Below, in pieces: positions 50,366-63,544 of a stretch of DNA of 64,000 bases (position 1 is the first letter of the stretch; every line of letters starts with the position of its first letter). A model generated the notes under the pieces. That model had not been told where the DNA came from. It made no database searches and worked only from the letters and a program-made list of their open reading frames with translations. Both the position numbers and the translations under genes were made by a program. Location of the stretch: NCBI RefSeq assembly GCF_011386835.1, contig NC_088801.1, positions 24,614,001-24,678,000 of the forward strand. Direction: 5' to 3'. Source of the DNA: Chrysemys picta bellii (Eukaryota).

Positions 50366-52920
50366 AAAAGTGAGAGGTAGTCATGTCCAGTTTTCACTAC
50401 AGCCTAGTCTACCTGAAATACCTTGTCCTTTATACCTTCATAATAACCAAAAAATCCAAATAAATTAAGAATTGCAATTATGAATTTTGCAGAATTCACA
50501 AACTGTGCAGTATGTATGTCTGGATGGGAATGTTGTTTTTTAAAGAAACTTTTACATCTATTCAACTGCAACAATAAATAAATAGTAACAACAATGCTAC
50601 TGATGTCCTGTAAAAAGATATACAACCTCTGTTACTTAGCAGGACAGTTAGTTTCATATCATACCACTATCCACATAAATATACTCAGTCTAAATTAACA
50701 TAAGAATCAGGAAATAGTTTTAATGTGCTCATTATTAACACTATACCTATTGACATTTAGTGCATTACTACAACAACAGTTTTATTCAGTATTTAGTTTT
50801 TTGAAAATAGATATGTAGAGTAGATTAAAATATTTAGGAAAATATGGTTCATTGTCAAAGCAATGTGCTGATTTAAAGGAAAAGTCCTGTTTGGAAAATC
50901 AATACTCAAAATCTTTCTCTGCCAAATTACCACAATTGTGATATGCAGTATGCTATAGTACAGTGCAATATCATTAGTTCATTTAGGCATTTTTAACAAA
51001 AGCTCTGCTTTTTATTTTATTTTCTAACTACTCTATTGAAAAAAAGCACAGTACAGAGACATTGCCGTTTTATGACAAGAGAGATAGTTTGAGCCTAGTT
51101 TAATATTATTTTGCCACAAACTTTGTAGATTTCAATTCAAGTAAAATCTACCCATCAACCTTTTCTAATAAAAACTCCATATGCAGGGAAAAATCCATTG
51201 CTTTACATTTTGCTCTCTTAAAATGATACAATGATAAACTGAAGAAAAAAGTATCAAGGAAGTAAGCTGCAAAATAAAATATGTTAAAGTTCTGTCTGGA
51301 AGCAAAATGAGAAGGAGAATATTATTGCATATGCAAGTATTTTAAATGGTTTCCTTGTAACATGTTGTTTTCTTCATGAGATATATTGCACGACAAATGA
51401 CATGAGATGGGCTTATGAAATTTCAGTCTGAAGCAATTTTTACTGCTAACACAAATTATAAATAATATGTGCCTTTTGTCAACTGCATTCTTCAGTAATC
51501 TAATTGTATCACTCTAATGAGACCTGGGTTAGGAAATGCACTGAGGTTCCCATGCCCCAGGTCAGAGGAGACTGAAAACATTGTGCGGCAGATGTGCTTA
51601 ATCTCAAGAGGATGGCAGCTGCATCACTTGGTCAAACCAAATAGCATTGGCTATGGAGGGAGCCATGCACTTGACCTCTCAGCTAGAGGTAAAGTGCCAC
51701 CCTGTTGGCTAGCAGTGAGAATGATGGGGAATAAAGCATGAGGGGATTTTTTTTCCCTTTCTGACTCTGTTTTTATAAATCACAGAGGAGTATCTCTGCT
51801 TCCTGACTGGTGAGTTAGGTCTGTGTATGAGTTTCTCTAATTCAGTAATAAGGAATTTATTCTACTGAAAGAAACCAAGGTTTTTATTTTATCGTGTGTG
51901 AGTGTGTGTGTGTGTGCATATGTCTGTGCGTGTTTATACAGAAGAGATAAGGGAGGAGCAAAGCATAATGTCAATTAGAGAAATTCTCTTCCTAAAAGCA
52001 ATATACTTTATAAGTACATTTCAAGGCACAGATTTCTTCTATTTCTCTCTAACTTACAATGCCTGCATTATTAATTTAAAAATGCTGATTCTTCAACACA
52101 TAGTACAACCATGTTATTCTAGTAGGTGAAGGTCAATGTGTGGAGTTATCCTAGGTTTATCCCTTCTCAGGAAGCTGGAGATCTGGGGCATGGTCCAAAG
52201 TCCATTGATGTCCATGGACTACCATCAGCTTTCGTCCAGGTCCCAAGTGCATAGCAGGTGATAACCTCCTTCTCTGGAAAGATCTAAGATCCTCTCTATT
52301 TGTTCCAAAGAGTGACATTGAGAATGGCTGTAAAAGGCAGTGTCCCACCCCTTTCAGCCAAAGGGAAGATGCCAGATCCAGAGCCACTATCTAGGTCCAG
52401 AGCATCAAATTTGTAGTGCTCAGTCACAACAGGGTGGCCACTGAAGTTAATGGATATAAGCGTAAGATGGATGCACGTCCAGTTTTTAAATAATACTTTT
52501 GGTTGTAACTGCTGAAAAGTAGTTGTAACAGCCAAGAGGCTTTAGATGGGACAAGAGTTCTCTCCATTTATTTTTTTCTAAGGGATCATTTTGGGAAGAT
52601 GCTCCCATCTCTGAAATGTACTATTTGAATTACGGTAGCACCCACAATGGGCTCAGCACTTTCCAAACTAATGATGCTGCCCCCAAAAGCTCACTCTCTA
52701 AAATAAATTGTTTTCACTCTGGGACTACATCTTCTCCTGGCCAGGAGATATTATCAAGATGGGCTGCAGAGCCAGAATAGACCTACTTTTCTTCCAGCCA
52801 GTTGTTCTAATCTTGCATGGGGTTATTACCCTCCTGTCCTGAGCTACTGTCCAGTTGTCTCAGTTTGAGGGCAAAACAGTCTTTTTAATCATGAGACCTG
52901 ATTTTACACAATTTTGTATA

Positions 52921-53055
52921 TAGAAAAACAGGAGTACTTGTGGCACCTTAGAGACTAACAAATTTATTAGAGCATAAGCTTTCGTGGACTACAGCCCACT
53001 TCTCCTGTTCTTCTTTTTGCGGATACAGACTAACACGGCTGCTACTCTGAAACCT
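52921..53055. mobile_element. Penelope-like remnant, copy 3 (different subfamily, truncated hammerhead)
   Basis: gagtacttgtggcaccttagagactaacaaatttattagagcataagctttcgtggactacagcccacttc, then terminal tacagactaacacggctgctactctgaaacct. AATTTTGT on both flanks. Confidence 0.75.
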
Positions 53056-53750
53056 GAATTTTGTCTATGTAATATATAATATAAGCCAATTCTTCCTTCA
53101 GTTACACACATGCAAACTCCAGTGAAGCCAATGGGACTTATACTGCATAACTGAGGGGAGAATTTATCCATATATTATGCTAATATTAGTGACAGCCGTA
53201 GTGAGGTTGGAATACAGCTTTCTTTAGCCATTCTCTCCACCACACACCTTTTTGTTTTTTGTAGCTGGTCTGTCCTTCTATAACATTCTCAAACATTGTT
53301 ATTGGGTGGAAATTTTCCACACTTGAGATCAACCATAAGGCAACAATTTCTGGACAATTTCAGCAAAGTCTGTTCAGCTGTTTGAGTGCAGACCAAGAAA
53401 CACAACACACTACAAATCTCTGATCTCAGGTGCATGGAGTATATGCATATCCATGTGTGCAATGCACATAGGGACCAGGACTGGAAGAAGAACAAACATT
53501 TTCTCCATGTTTTCCCACCATAAATGTAATTCTTACATAATTAAAACAACCAGTTTTGATCAACTGGGCTTGTTCTGCAGATCTCACTGAGGTCTAAGGA
53601 AGAAGCGAGACTGAATGGAATTGGTTCAGAAGTTTTGAAGTTATGAGCACTAAAAAAATAAAATAAAAATAAAAATGCTTGAGTGGTAGGACTTTGTTAG
53701 GTTTCTAGTTGGAACTAGATTTACATGAGCAGAAGACTTTGTTGCAATAT

Positions 53751-53966
53751 TCATAGATTTTGAAGCCAAAATGGGCCACTGAAATCATTTAATTCGACCT
53801 CCTGCATAACATAGGCCATAGAATTTCACAAAGTAATTCATATATCAAACCCAGAACTTCTGGTTGAAGTAGTGCATCATTTTTAGAAAGACCTCCAGTC
53901 TTGATTTGGAGACTTCAAGTGATGAAGAATCCACTAATTGTGAGGTTAGTTGTCCCAGTGGTTAAT
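53751..53966 (-). mobile_element. CR1 3' end
   Basis: Reverse complement is colinear with 22570-22788 (attaaccactgggacaac...tcaagactggaggtctttctaaaa...ttctatggcctatgttatgcaggaggtc). Confidence 0.85.
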
Positions 53967-56900
53967 TGTTATGATTTGCCAGCTGAATCTAAAGCAACTA
54001 TGAACTCCGGGGCACTGGAAAGTGCTTAATTTGTATTTAAGCTTGCAAGAGATTTAAAAACCACCAAACCTTACATGCAATTTAAGGAAACCAGACTCAG
54101 AGAGGAGGAGTTTCCCAGATACTTCACTGAATGAGCACATAACTGGGATTTTTGTACGGATGCATCAATGAATGGTCCCACTAGAGATGGATTAGTCAGC
54201 AAAGAACAGGGTAGGTAATCAAAAGTGCATAATAATTGCAGTTTATCATATGGCTATCAGCACATAACAGTATGTGTGAGAGATCAAATATATGCAGGTA
54301 CTCATGTGCATACTTTGTAGCAAGAGTTATAGTTAAGTGTTGCCCAAGCCTTTCCATAACTTCCCCACCTCCCCTCATTTTCAGTTACTCATAATTTCTG
54401 AAACATTCATTTTTTGGGCTGTGACTTCCGAGGGTTCACCTCTGCTTTAAAATGATCTTTTTGAGAAAAAATCAGTATAAATGCTCTGAAAAGAATAAAA
54501 AACAATGTTCCTTTATTTAAAAGAAATCAGAACTTTTCTTTTAAAAAACCTCTACTGCTAAGTAGGATAGATGACAGGAAGTTGAAAGGTGAAATCTAAA
54601 AGACCTTATATTATATTGTGTACATGTATATATCAAAGTATATCAATATAGAGTTTCCTAGTGTGCTTTCTCAAATTCCACATGCCGTATGGTATAATTC
54701 ACAGTTTCTATTTTCTCATCATCAGTGCCTTTTGAAACATTTATTCCAGGATATATAAAGTCATTTCCTCTATTTTCCCTCAGATGTGTGGAAGGGGTTT
54801 CTGCTTGCTAGACAGTTACCATTATACATTTTCCACTTAGCATTAATCCTATGTTAACCTCGTTTCTTGATTGGCTAGCATTTGACTCTGCATTTGTTGC
54901 GTGGGGAGGACTAATCCCTTAGTCATTAACACTTCATGTATGTTAGCTGAAGGATATGGAGTGTGTCTATGTTTTCTTTCCTCGGCTTTACAGTATTTCT
55001 AGTCAATGTGAGTCATTTTATTTTCTGGTAGTTGCTTTGAAACCTTTACCATATTTTCATCTTCTTCCTATGAATGACATTTTTGGTTTCTTTTCTTGTC
55101 AAACATAAGGAAATACTTCTTCACACAGTGCACACAGAGAGAAACTGAAATGGAGAGAGAAACCAGAGAGAGAGATGGAAGGGAAACAAGAACATGAAAA
55201 AAGTGAGGCTAAAGTAAGGGCCTCATTCTGGTTTCATTCTAACAAGATTCATGTCAGTGTAATTCTACTGAATTCAGAGCTATGCCATTGTATGTGATAT
55301 CAGAATCATGACCTATAGGCATAGTTAAGCCAGGGTTTGTGGGAAGCATCAATCCAGATGCCTGATCAGTTTCATTTGCACTTTTTCGGAGAGCTCTTCC
55401 CCCTGAATCTATTGAGGGTTGCCCACCACTCATTTTTTTTCATCCCTACTGGATAATTCATCCATTCCTGCACAACATCTAAGCACAATTTGCAAGGATA
55501 TTCCAACTCCAAAACAGTTAATAGAGAGACACTGCAGTGCTGATTCAGCTTCTCTTTAAAATATTAGGAAAGGGGCCAAAACCTTGTATACTTTCGTAAG
55601 AGAACAGAAAGACATCCCTAAAAAAGGTTCAGAAACCTCATCAAGGATAAATAACAAGGGTCTTCTGAACATACAGAACTTGAAGGATAATTTTAAAAAC
55701 AACTTAACATTGCTGATTGGACATCTTTACATGACAAGCACCAGATGGAAAATTCAGATGAGAGTGGATGAATTCATTTGTAAATTGTCATTTAACATTA
55801 ATTATGCACAAAAATCTCTTCCTCACACTGACATTTGTATTACAAAATAATATAACATGAATATATTTACTTTAAAGTTTGTACTAAAATCTGTATGAGC
55901 AATTTACTTATTCTAATGCTGCAAACACATTAAGATCTGATTTTAGTTGACTATTTGGGTTTGCAGTAATACGTTTCACCATTATGCCATGTGTGGTTTT
56001 TCTGCTTAACTGCAGTCTATGAAAATGCTGTAATAACACAGCTTTCCGATTAACCAAACAACTAATAACTGAGAAGACATAGTGACTAGCTATCATCCTT
56101 ATGTAAATAAGGAAAGCTTATTTTTGCTCACTAATAGCCCCACATCACAATGAAATGCTTTTATTAAGTTTTAAGAGGATAAAACCAAGAAATCAATTTA
56201 GCAAATGCCCTTTTCAATGACCGCACACCATGTCTACGGCTGTATCATGACATGTTTTCATTGTTATTTGGCTGTAAACAAAATGAAAAGATCTGTCATT
56301 GAAGTTTAAACAGAGAGATTGGTTACATAAACTGAAACATTCTAAGCCCCAGTTCAGTACAATCAACAGTCTGAAGAGACTGTACAACTAAACAAAGTTT
56401 TGGGATGTTTTTGGTTAGGGGGAGGATTAATAGCCAAAATAACCCTTGGCTCCTGTTGTAAACTCTTAGGAATATGATGTAAAAATAGAGTAAATCTGAA
56501 GATTGATGCTTATGAAATAACCATCTCTCTGCAGGGCTGAAATATACACCCATATTGAAACAAATCTCTTTACTAGCCAGTATTAATAAGAATATACTGC
56601 TTTTACCAAAAAAGCAAACTAAATACATCTGACCTATCTGTTCCCCCAGATAATTGTAAATGCTGTCAGACCATAACAAATCTTCTATAAATGGTCATCT
56701 TTCCAAGTTACAGTTAGAATGTGCTTGTTTAATTATACAAACAATGCATGCTTACAAATACAATTCATCTTTAAAGCCTAATAGAGAACGTCCTAAGCAT
56801 TCTGAAGTCACATGGAAACAAATTTACTATCTGTTTGTGTTTATTTCAGGTAAACAATTTTGTGGCTGATCACTCTAGCCCCAATTCTTCCATTAGGCAC

Positions 56901-57079
56901 AAATGGAACTTTTGACACCCATGGGGCTCCATGCAGGTGTTTTATGTTGTGTATTCCTAAACTCTCATGCTTCAGGGTTTCAGCTAGTCATCGGCAGGCA
57001 TCAGGAAAGGATTTTTTTCCACTCCACAATGGCTTTTGGGTTATTTATTTATTTACTTATCTACTTCCTTTGAAGAATC

Positions 57080-57561
57080 ATGGATGGCCATGACTGGATA
57101 TGGGACATTGGACAGGAAGCTCTGGGCTCTGAGATGGCACTGAGCTCTCTCTCTCTCTCTCTCTGGTGATTGCCTGGCTGGTTCTTGCTCACATGCTCAG
57201 GGTTTAACTGATCGCCATACATGGATTTGAGAAAGAATTTTCACACAGATTGGTCAGATTGGCTGTGACCTTGGGGGATTTTTGCCTTCCTCTGCAGTGT
57301 GTGGGTGCATGGTCACCTGCCAGGATTATCCGGGTATAGCCTCATGTAATCATTTTCCTGCCATTGCAGGGGCCTTGAACACTGGGGCACCTCGGTCCCT
57401 TATATTTTCTGCCTGTTGAACACAATAGTCTAGTCTCCTATGGGCTGTAATACTTTAGTCTAATATTAGTTTTTGAGTTTAGTGTGTTGGTGGCCTGTAA
57501 TTTACAGGAGGTTGGCATAGATTATCTGGTGGTCCTTTCTGCCTTTAAACTTTCTGACTCT
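57080..57561 (+). mobile_element. CR1 long 3' UTR ending at the terminal repeat
   Basis: Colinear with 33450-33910. Ends gatTatctggtggtcctttctgcctttaaactttctgactct. Confidence 0.8.
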
Positions 57562-57565
57562 AGGA

Positions 57566-57901
57566 CAGGGGTCGGCAACGTTCGGCATGCGGCTTGCCAG
57601 GGTAAGCACCCTGGCGGGCCAGGCCAGTTTTATTTACCTGCTGATGCAGCAGGTTCGGCCGATCGCGGCCCCCACTGGCCATGGTTCACTGTCCCAGGCC
57701 AATGGGGGTGGCGAGAAGCAGTGCGGGTGAGTGATGTGCTGGCCGTGGCTTCTCGCCGCCCCCATTGGCCTGGGATGGCGAACGGCGGCCAGTGGGGGCC
57801 GCAATCAGCCGAACCTGCCGCGTCAGCAGGTAAATAAAATTGGCCCGGCCCGCTAGTGTGCTTACCCTGGCGAGCCGCGTGCCGAAAGTTGCCGACCCCT
57901 G
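57566..57901. mobile_element. Young hAT (Charlie-like) foldback MITE (336 bp)
   Basis: Perfect TIRs CAGGGGTCGGCAAC / GTTGCCGACCCCTG, perfect 8-bp TSD CTCTAGGA (57558-57565, 57902-57909). Nearly the whole element is palindromic and CpG-rich. Confidence 0.96.
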
Positions 57902-60900
57902 CTCTAGGAGCTGCAAGGATTCAGCTATATGGCAAAAGGTTGCAGTATCAGGGTTACCATGCCAAGAAAACAGTTCCTGCCCTTCTGACAGCAGTTGAGC
58001 ACCTACTCTGACTAAAATTGCTATTGATACTAACTGGAGTGGAGGGTGTTTAGCACCTCCAGTATCAGGCTCTTGGTTTCTAGTTCTAATGTATTCATCA
58101 GCAGATTACCGTTAAACACCATACTTTTAAAAAATCTATTATTTTCAAATACAAAACAATTACAATAAAAGCATCAACATAATCCAAGTTAGCATAAATA
58201 AAGTATATCATAGTAAACAATTGAGTTAAGGGAATGAGCATGATGAATTACGGGCTAATCAACTTTTATACAGTATCTTCTCTTCTCTAATAGAATGTAA
58301 CAGAATTTAATAAATTCAGATTAAATTTAAGAAGTGGCATATTGCTTCTAAATTGCCTTTGTTATGTGTGATTAAAATGTAATGCACATAAATCAGCCAA
58401 AGGAATGTCAGCCTTCTGTAGAAATAAATAATATCTAGGGAGTCAAAAAACAGTGCTTCTGAATGGGGAAGAGAAAGAGTTAACTGGCTGTTTCCACACA
58501 AACTTGCAATGAAGTACAAGTAGTAATCAGAGGCCCAGGGGAAGCCCATCTAACTGCACTCTTCTTATCCCTTTAGGAATAATAGTTATCGTATTATAAA
58601 TAGTGAGAGAAAATGATCCCACTAAGACAGAACTGATAAATAACAAGCCATGCACAGATAAGATGGCTAAAAGACTTCCTGTAAAACAATGGAGAACTCT
58701 TTTCCATAAATCCTATAATTCTAACTAGACATACAAAAAACAACATGGACAGGGAATTTAGGTCTCTGAGAAAAATCAAAATATGGCCCCATCCAGATTC
58801 CCATTATGGCAATTCCTATTCTGAAGCACAATAATCAGTATTGAAACTTCAAAGACTACAAATGTTTGTTGCCATTTGGGGATTATTGGAGCCCATAAGG
58901 AAAAACCTTAACAAGAGGAGCTCTTCACCTTGTTTGTCCACTCCTCAGATTTATCAGTTTCATTTCTTAGAGAAAGGCAAAACTGGCAATGGATTCATTT
59001 TTGTTCTGGTAAAGCCTTGTCAATTAGGGTTTTGCTTTGGAAAACCAAAAGTGGGGCAGTTTAGAGCCAGGTCCCATTTTACCCAAATCATCAAAGCTCA
59101 AAGGCAGGTGGAGAGCTTGGATAAATGGTTTAGTTTATGGATGTATTTTAAATGACAAACCAATCCCCATTCATTTCCCATCACAATTCAAGCCCCAGGG
59201 GCTATATATTCAACTTGGTTTCAAGTGAAAAATGTTTTAGAATATTGACAAAAACAAAACAAAACCCCCACATATACTCAGCAAATTTCCATTAATAAAA
59301 ACCAAGAAGCACAACAAAAATCCAAGTAACATGTAATATTTTAAGAAGTATTTCTCAGACAAGGCAAGATGATTGAAAGCTTTCTAAAATCAAAGCAAGT
59401 TAATGATAAATATAATTCAACCAGTATATCTTACAAACAAAACAATATGATTCAACTGCTATATCTTACAAACAAATATGTTACAGCACCATCATACCAG
59501 TTACTTAGGAAAAAAAGATGGCTTACATTTAAAAATTGGGTCTGGCTGTTAGTTATGGTTTAATACGTGTAGTATTTGCAGAACAAAATAATGGGCACAA
59601 TTTTGAGGGTTCAAAATCAGTCACTGCACATATGTGATAATGCTTTTCAACAAAGTTTCATAAAGGTTTCTATCATGGCAAGTTACACATGCACATGCAT
59701 AGCACCCAGATTGATAGGACAGTCTGGAATAGCTCTGAAAGAGCAGTTAGATTTATTGAGTATGTAGTACAGTACATAATCCAAGAAATAAAAAGGATTT
59801 ACATGATGGATGAGCCTAGATGAACTATCACGTCAGAAATCCACTTTTTAAAAACAAATACTAGATATTGAGTAAGTTTAATACACACATTGCCCAGCAA
59901 CATATTTAACCTTCTGAGCCATACAAACACGACTGAAAAAATGATTATCTTTTAAAAAAAATAATAGCTTAAGTACATATTAATCTAAGCCTAACATCAT
60001 AGTCACGCACTTCATAGTTGCTATCATGGAGTGTGAGAATTTGTTTACAAACAATGAGAATGAAGGTAACATCTTGACTCAGCTGAGGTCAATGGAACAA
60101 TTCTCATTTAGTGAGCCAGGATTTCATCCTCAATCATGTCTTTTGGTACACGGGAGGGCGAGAAGAAGACATAAGGCCAGATTCTGATCTCAGTTACACT
60201 AATATACCCAAGGTCAGAATCTGTCCACAGAATCTGCATGTTCCCCAAGCCCACCTATTGGAATTCTGCTCTGATCACAATGTTTTCTCCAGCAGAGATG
60301 TACCCATCAGTATCTAAAAACTTCTTTGTACTGTCAGCCAGGATAAGTTTTGGTCCTTTGTTTTTAAAATTATGTCTAAAAATGCATGCATTCTCCTCAA
60401 AAGTCTCACTCTGCCCACTACCTACAGAAAACTGTGGTAAGGGGTATCAAAATAGCTCACTTGGCAAAATGTGATTAACACTTGTAATGGTATAATTCTG
60501 ATCACAGAAAAGGATTCTATTAAGCAAGATTTTGTTCATAGCAACTTTATCTTTGTACTTGAAACTCTCAAAGAGATGAAAGTATACACTTGACTGAACT
60601 TTCATTTGTCTAATGAAATTTGAGGTGAAATTTGTGCAGCTGATCAGCGCTTGGGAAAAAATAGGATCTTTACCTGTACACTTGAACATAACTTATATAG
60701 ATTAAATAAATTAGCACCTACTTACTAAAAAAGAAAAAGTTTTACCAATGTGGACATAGTGAAAGAATGTGTGCAAATAACTTGTGTACCTGGGTATGGG
60801 TCTGGCTGTTAGCCAATAACATATAACTAAGTTCTAATACTACACAGTGGTATCACGGAGACATGGGACAAAATAGCCTCTCTCTTTGATTAGGCAAGTG

Positions 60901-62736
60901 GCACATTTCCATATCAAATGCATGCAGAACATATTTATCAAGTAGCATATAAAAGGATTGCCAATACTGAGCCAAACTAACACCACTGACGTTGTTACAC
61001 CAGGAATCAATTTGGCTCACTATTACTAAGTATAAACATATTAGCATAACTTTTTGCACCTACAGCCCTTTCCAAATGCAAAATATTATACTACATAAAT
61101 GCAGAAATGTAGCATTCCCCAATATGACATATCTATCCGGGCATATAGATGGGGCCCCTTGATTTCTTTATACCACTCTAAGGTATAAAGGAGACTTAAA
61201 TGGACTGGAACACCCCCTGCACAGTGCCTTCCAAGCAGGTGTAGAACTGGCATAAAGGGTTTACATTAGCCCTGCATCTAGCCCCTGGTGTCAAGAGCGG
61301 ATCCGGACATGGCCAGATAGTACAGCACTATGGGTCATGAGAAGCAGAACATTAATTAGAGCAGCTCCAGAATACAGCGTGCATAAAGATGTGACCTTAA
61401 CCCACCCCTTCTCCACATTTCTGCCTAAAGTACTGGGATGGAGTAACTGAGAATCAAGGACACACGTTTTTCTGAGCTATTACTATGGGCCTAAGTGAAA
61501 TATCTATTTTAATTATAAAATGTCTTCTTACATGTTAAATTATTAAGGAATCATGTACTATAGAGAAGGGCTTAAACTAAATGACACATCATTCTCTTAC
61601 TCCTCCAAACTTTGGGAGGGATTTCACTCAAACCTGGAACTGAATTTCACAAGTGGGTCAGTCAAAACCCCAGAACTAAACTTTGAAGAAGTTCAAGGGT
61701 CTTGGACCAAATCCATACATACATTTTGCATCATAAATCCCACTTCTACTGCACTGCAAATACCTTCAATTATTTTCTATAAAAAGAATTGTACAAAACT
61801 CACTGTGTGCTTATGTGTGAGAATTAGGGAGAGATGTAAGAGGAGCTCCTTTTTTGTATCGAATACTACTGTGATTATTGTAACTCAGTTTGGGGAAAAG
61901 AGCAACATTGGACTTAGAAGTTCAGGCAGCTGAAAATGACTGACTTTACCTGATTTTGTGTGTGTTTACTGTTAGAGTAAATTGTTTTTGGGGGTAATTT
62001 ACTGTTACCATAAGATGATAATGAGAGAACAAGAAAAGATGACAAATAGCCAAGCACATGCTATACAATGTTCTTTCATACATCTGAACAAACTATAAAA
62101 AGGAATAGTGTTCCTTTAAGAAAGTGGCTTAAATGGTGCTCAAAACAGACTGGGTTGACAAATTTTGCAACCTTGGTGTCTCCTCCAAGATTTACAATGG
62201 CAGAGCTCCCCTTTTTAGCAAATTAAACCTTGTGTCAAGACTTAAAATTAAATCCAAACCTCTTCTCTTTTCTGTACAGAAGGAACAAATTGGCACCACA
62301 TGCCGGTAGTCAAGGAGTGCTGATGGGAAACAGAGTGAAGTGAGAGCCTTCCAACCTGGAAGGCGTCACTAGTCAAAATCAACTGGGATAAACAGTCAAT
62401 TCCACTTAAAGTTTGACATATACAGTCTTGTAAGATAGAAAAAATTAAATATAAGAATTTTTCTGTACCACACAAAACTGTCCCAGTGCCAATACTTCAG
62501 CTTTCTGTGCTGTGCAAGCACTTTGTGGAAATCAGCTTTCAGTACAGATTTAAATGTTATGAGATCCTGTTTTGCAAAAGTCCGTTGAGCTCAGTCAATT
62601 GAAAAGGAAAACACAGCAGAGATCCCAGAATGCATGCTCCACACTGAATTAAAAAGGTTTTTTGTTTTGTTTTGTTTTTAAATCAAGAAGACTCTCTTAC
62701 AACATATTTTTAATTTAACTCTAATGGATTATATAT

Positions 62737-62866
62737 AGTTCATACATCTCTATTCAGCAAGGGCCTCTTGTTATATATAATCTATTATGTATATATATAA
62801 TCTATAAATGTATGTAATATAATTACATATAACAAGAACCCTTTGCCGACTAGAGATGTATGAACT
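62737..62866. repeat. 130-bp hairpin: 40-bp imperfect inverted arms around an AT-rich loop (possible Tc1/mariner MITE)
   Basis: agttcatacatctctattcagcaagggcctcttgttatat (62737-62776) vs atataacaagaaccctttgccgactagagatgtatgaact (62827-62866). Confidence 0.8.
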
Positions 62867-63544
62867 GCTTTTCAAAGAAAGAAGTTTAAGGGTAACAGTT
62901 TCAAAAACATTTAAGAGACAGATTTTTAAAATATTTAAGCACCTAAAGCTGCTGATAGGTGCCTCATGGGTTTTTTTTTTTCAAAAGCACCTAAGCAGGT
63001 TATATGTGTAACTCCCATTGAAATCAATGTTACCCTATATATACATACACTGCCCCCATCTTCCCCAATTCTAGAACCAAACATTTGTATAGGATTCAAA
63101 AACATTTAGTTAAGTTATTTGTTCTTAGCTCTTATTTCTGTCAAGAACCAGCACTGGAAATGCAAAAATGCTATGGGAGAGGTTTTTATCACAATATAAT
63201 GTCCAGCCTTGATTGGATATGGATGTTGCAGAAAATGCTTCGTATCACAATTTTTCTAGACTAGTTTTCTAGACTTTAGATATAGTCTGGGATTTTACCT
63301 GGATCCCTGTGTGTACAAAATTAACTTTGTGCATATGAGTAGCCATACTTGGTGGTTAAAGCAAAGGAATACACAGTATATGGAACTCCCGCCAAGGAGA
63401 AAAGGGAGTTGTGGAGGAAGTTCTGCTCTTCCAAGCCAGGGAGAGAACTTCCTTTCTGTTTTTAGCTGAGAAAGAGAAACTCCCTTCTCACCTCTCCTTA
63501 ATCTAACCCACGGTCCCTCTGACTTAAGTGGGACTACTTATTGT

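Noticed and set aside
52125-52560. Higher-GC segment with three short ORFs
   Set aside because: Probably an old repeat, but I could not assign a class or find termini.
56323-56679. 118-aa minus-strand ORF
   Set aside because: Composition typical of translated AT-rich non-coding DNA, no domain, no splice support.
60255-60689. 80 + 63 codons in one minus-strand frame separated by a single TGA (possible readthrough or pseudogene)
   Set aside because: No recognisable domain or SECIS. Runs of this length with one stop are expected several times in six frames of 64 kb. The GT-AG pair around the stop would give a 39-nt intron, too short.
62280-62339. 60-nt plus-strand exon-like segment
   Set aside because: Open only in phase 2, and joining it to the 51809 donor creates TGA. 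No further support.
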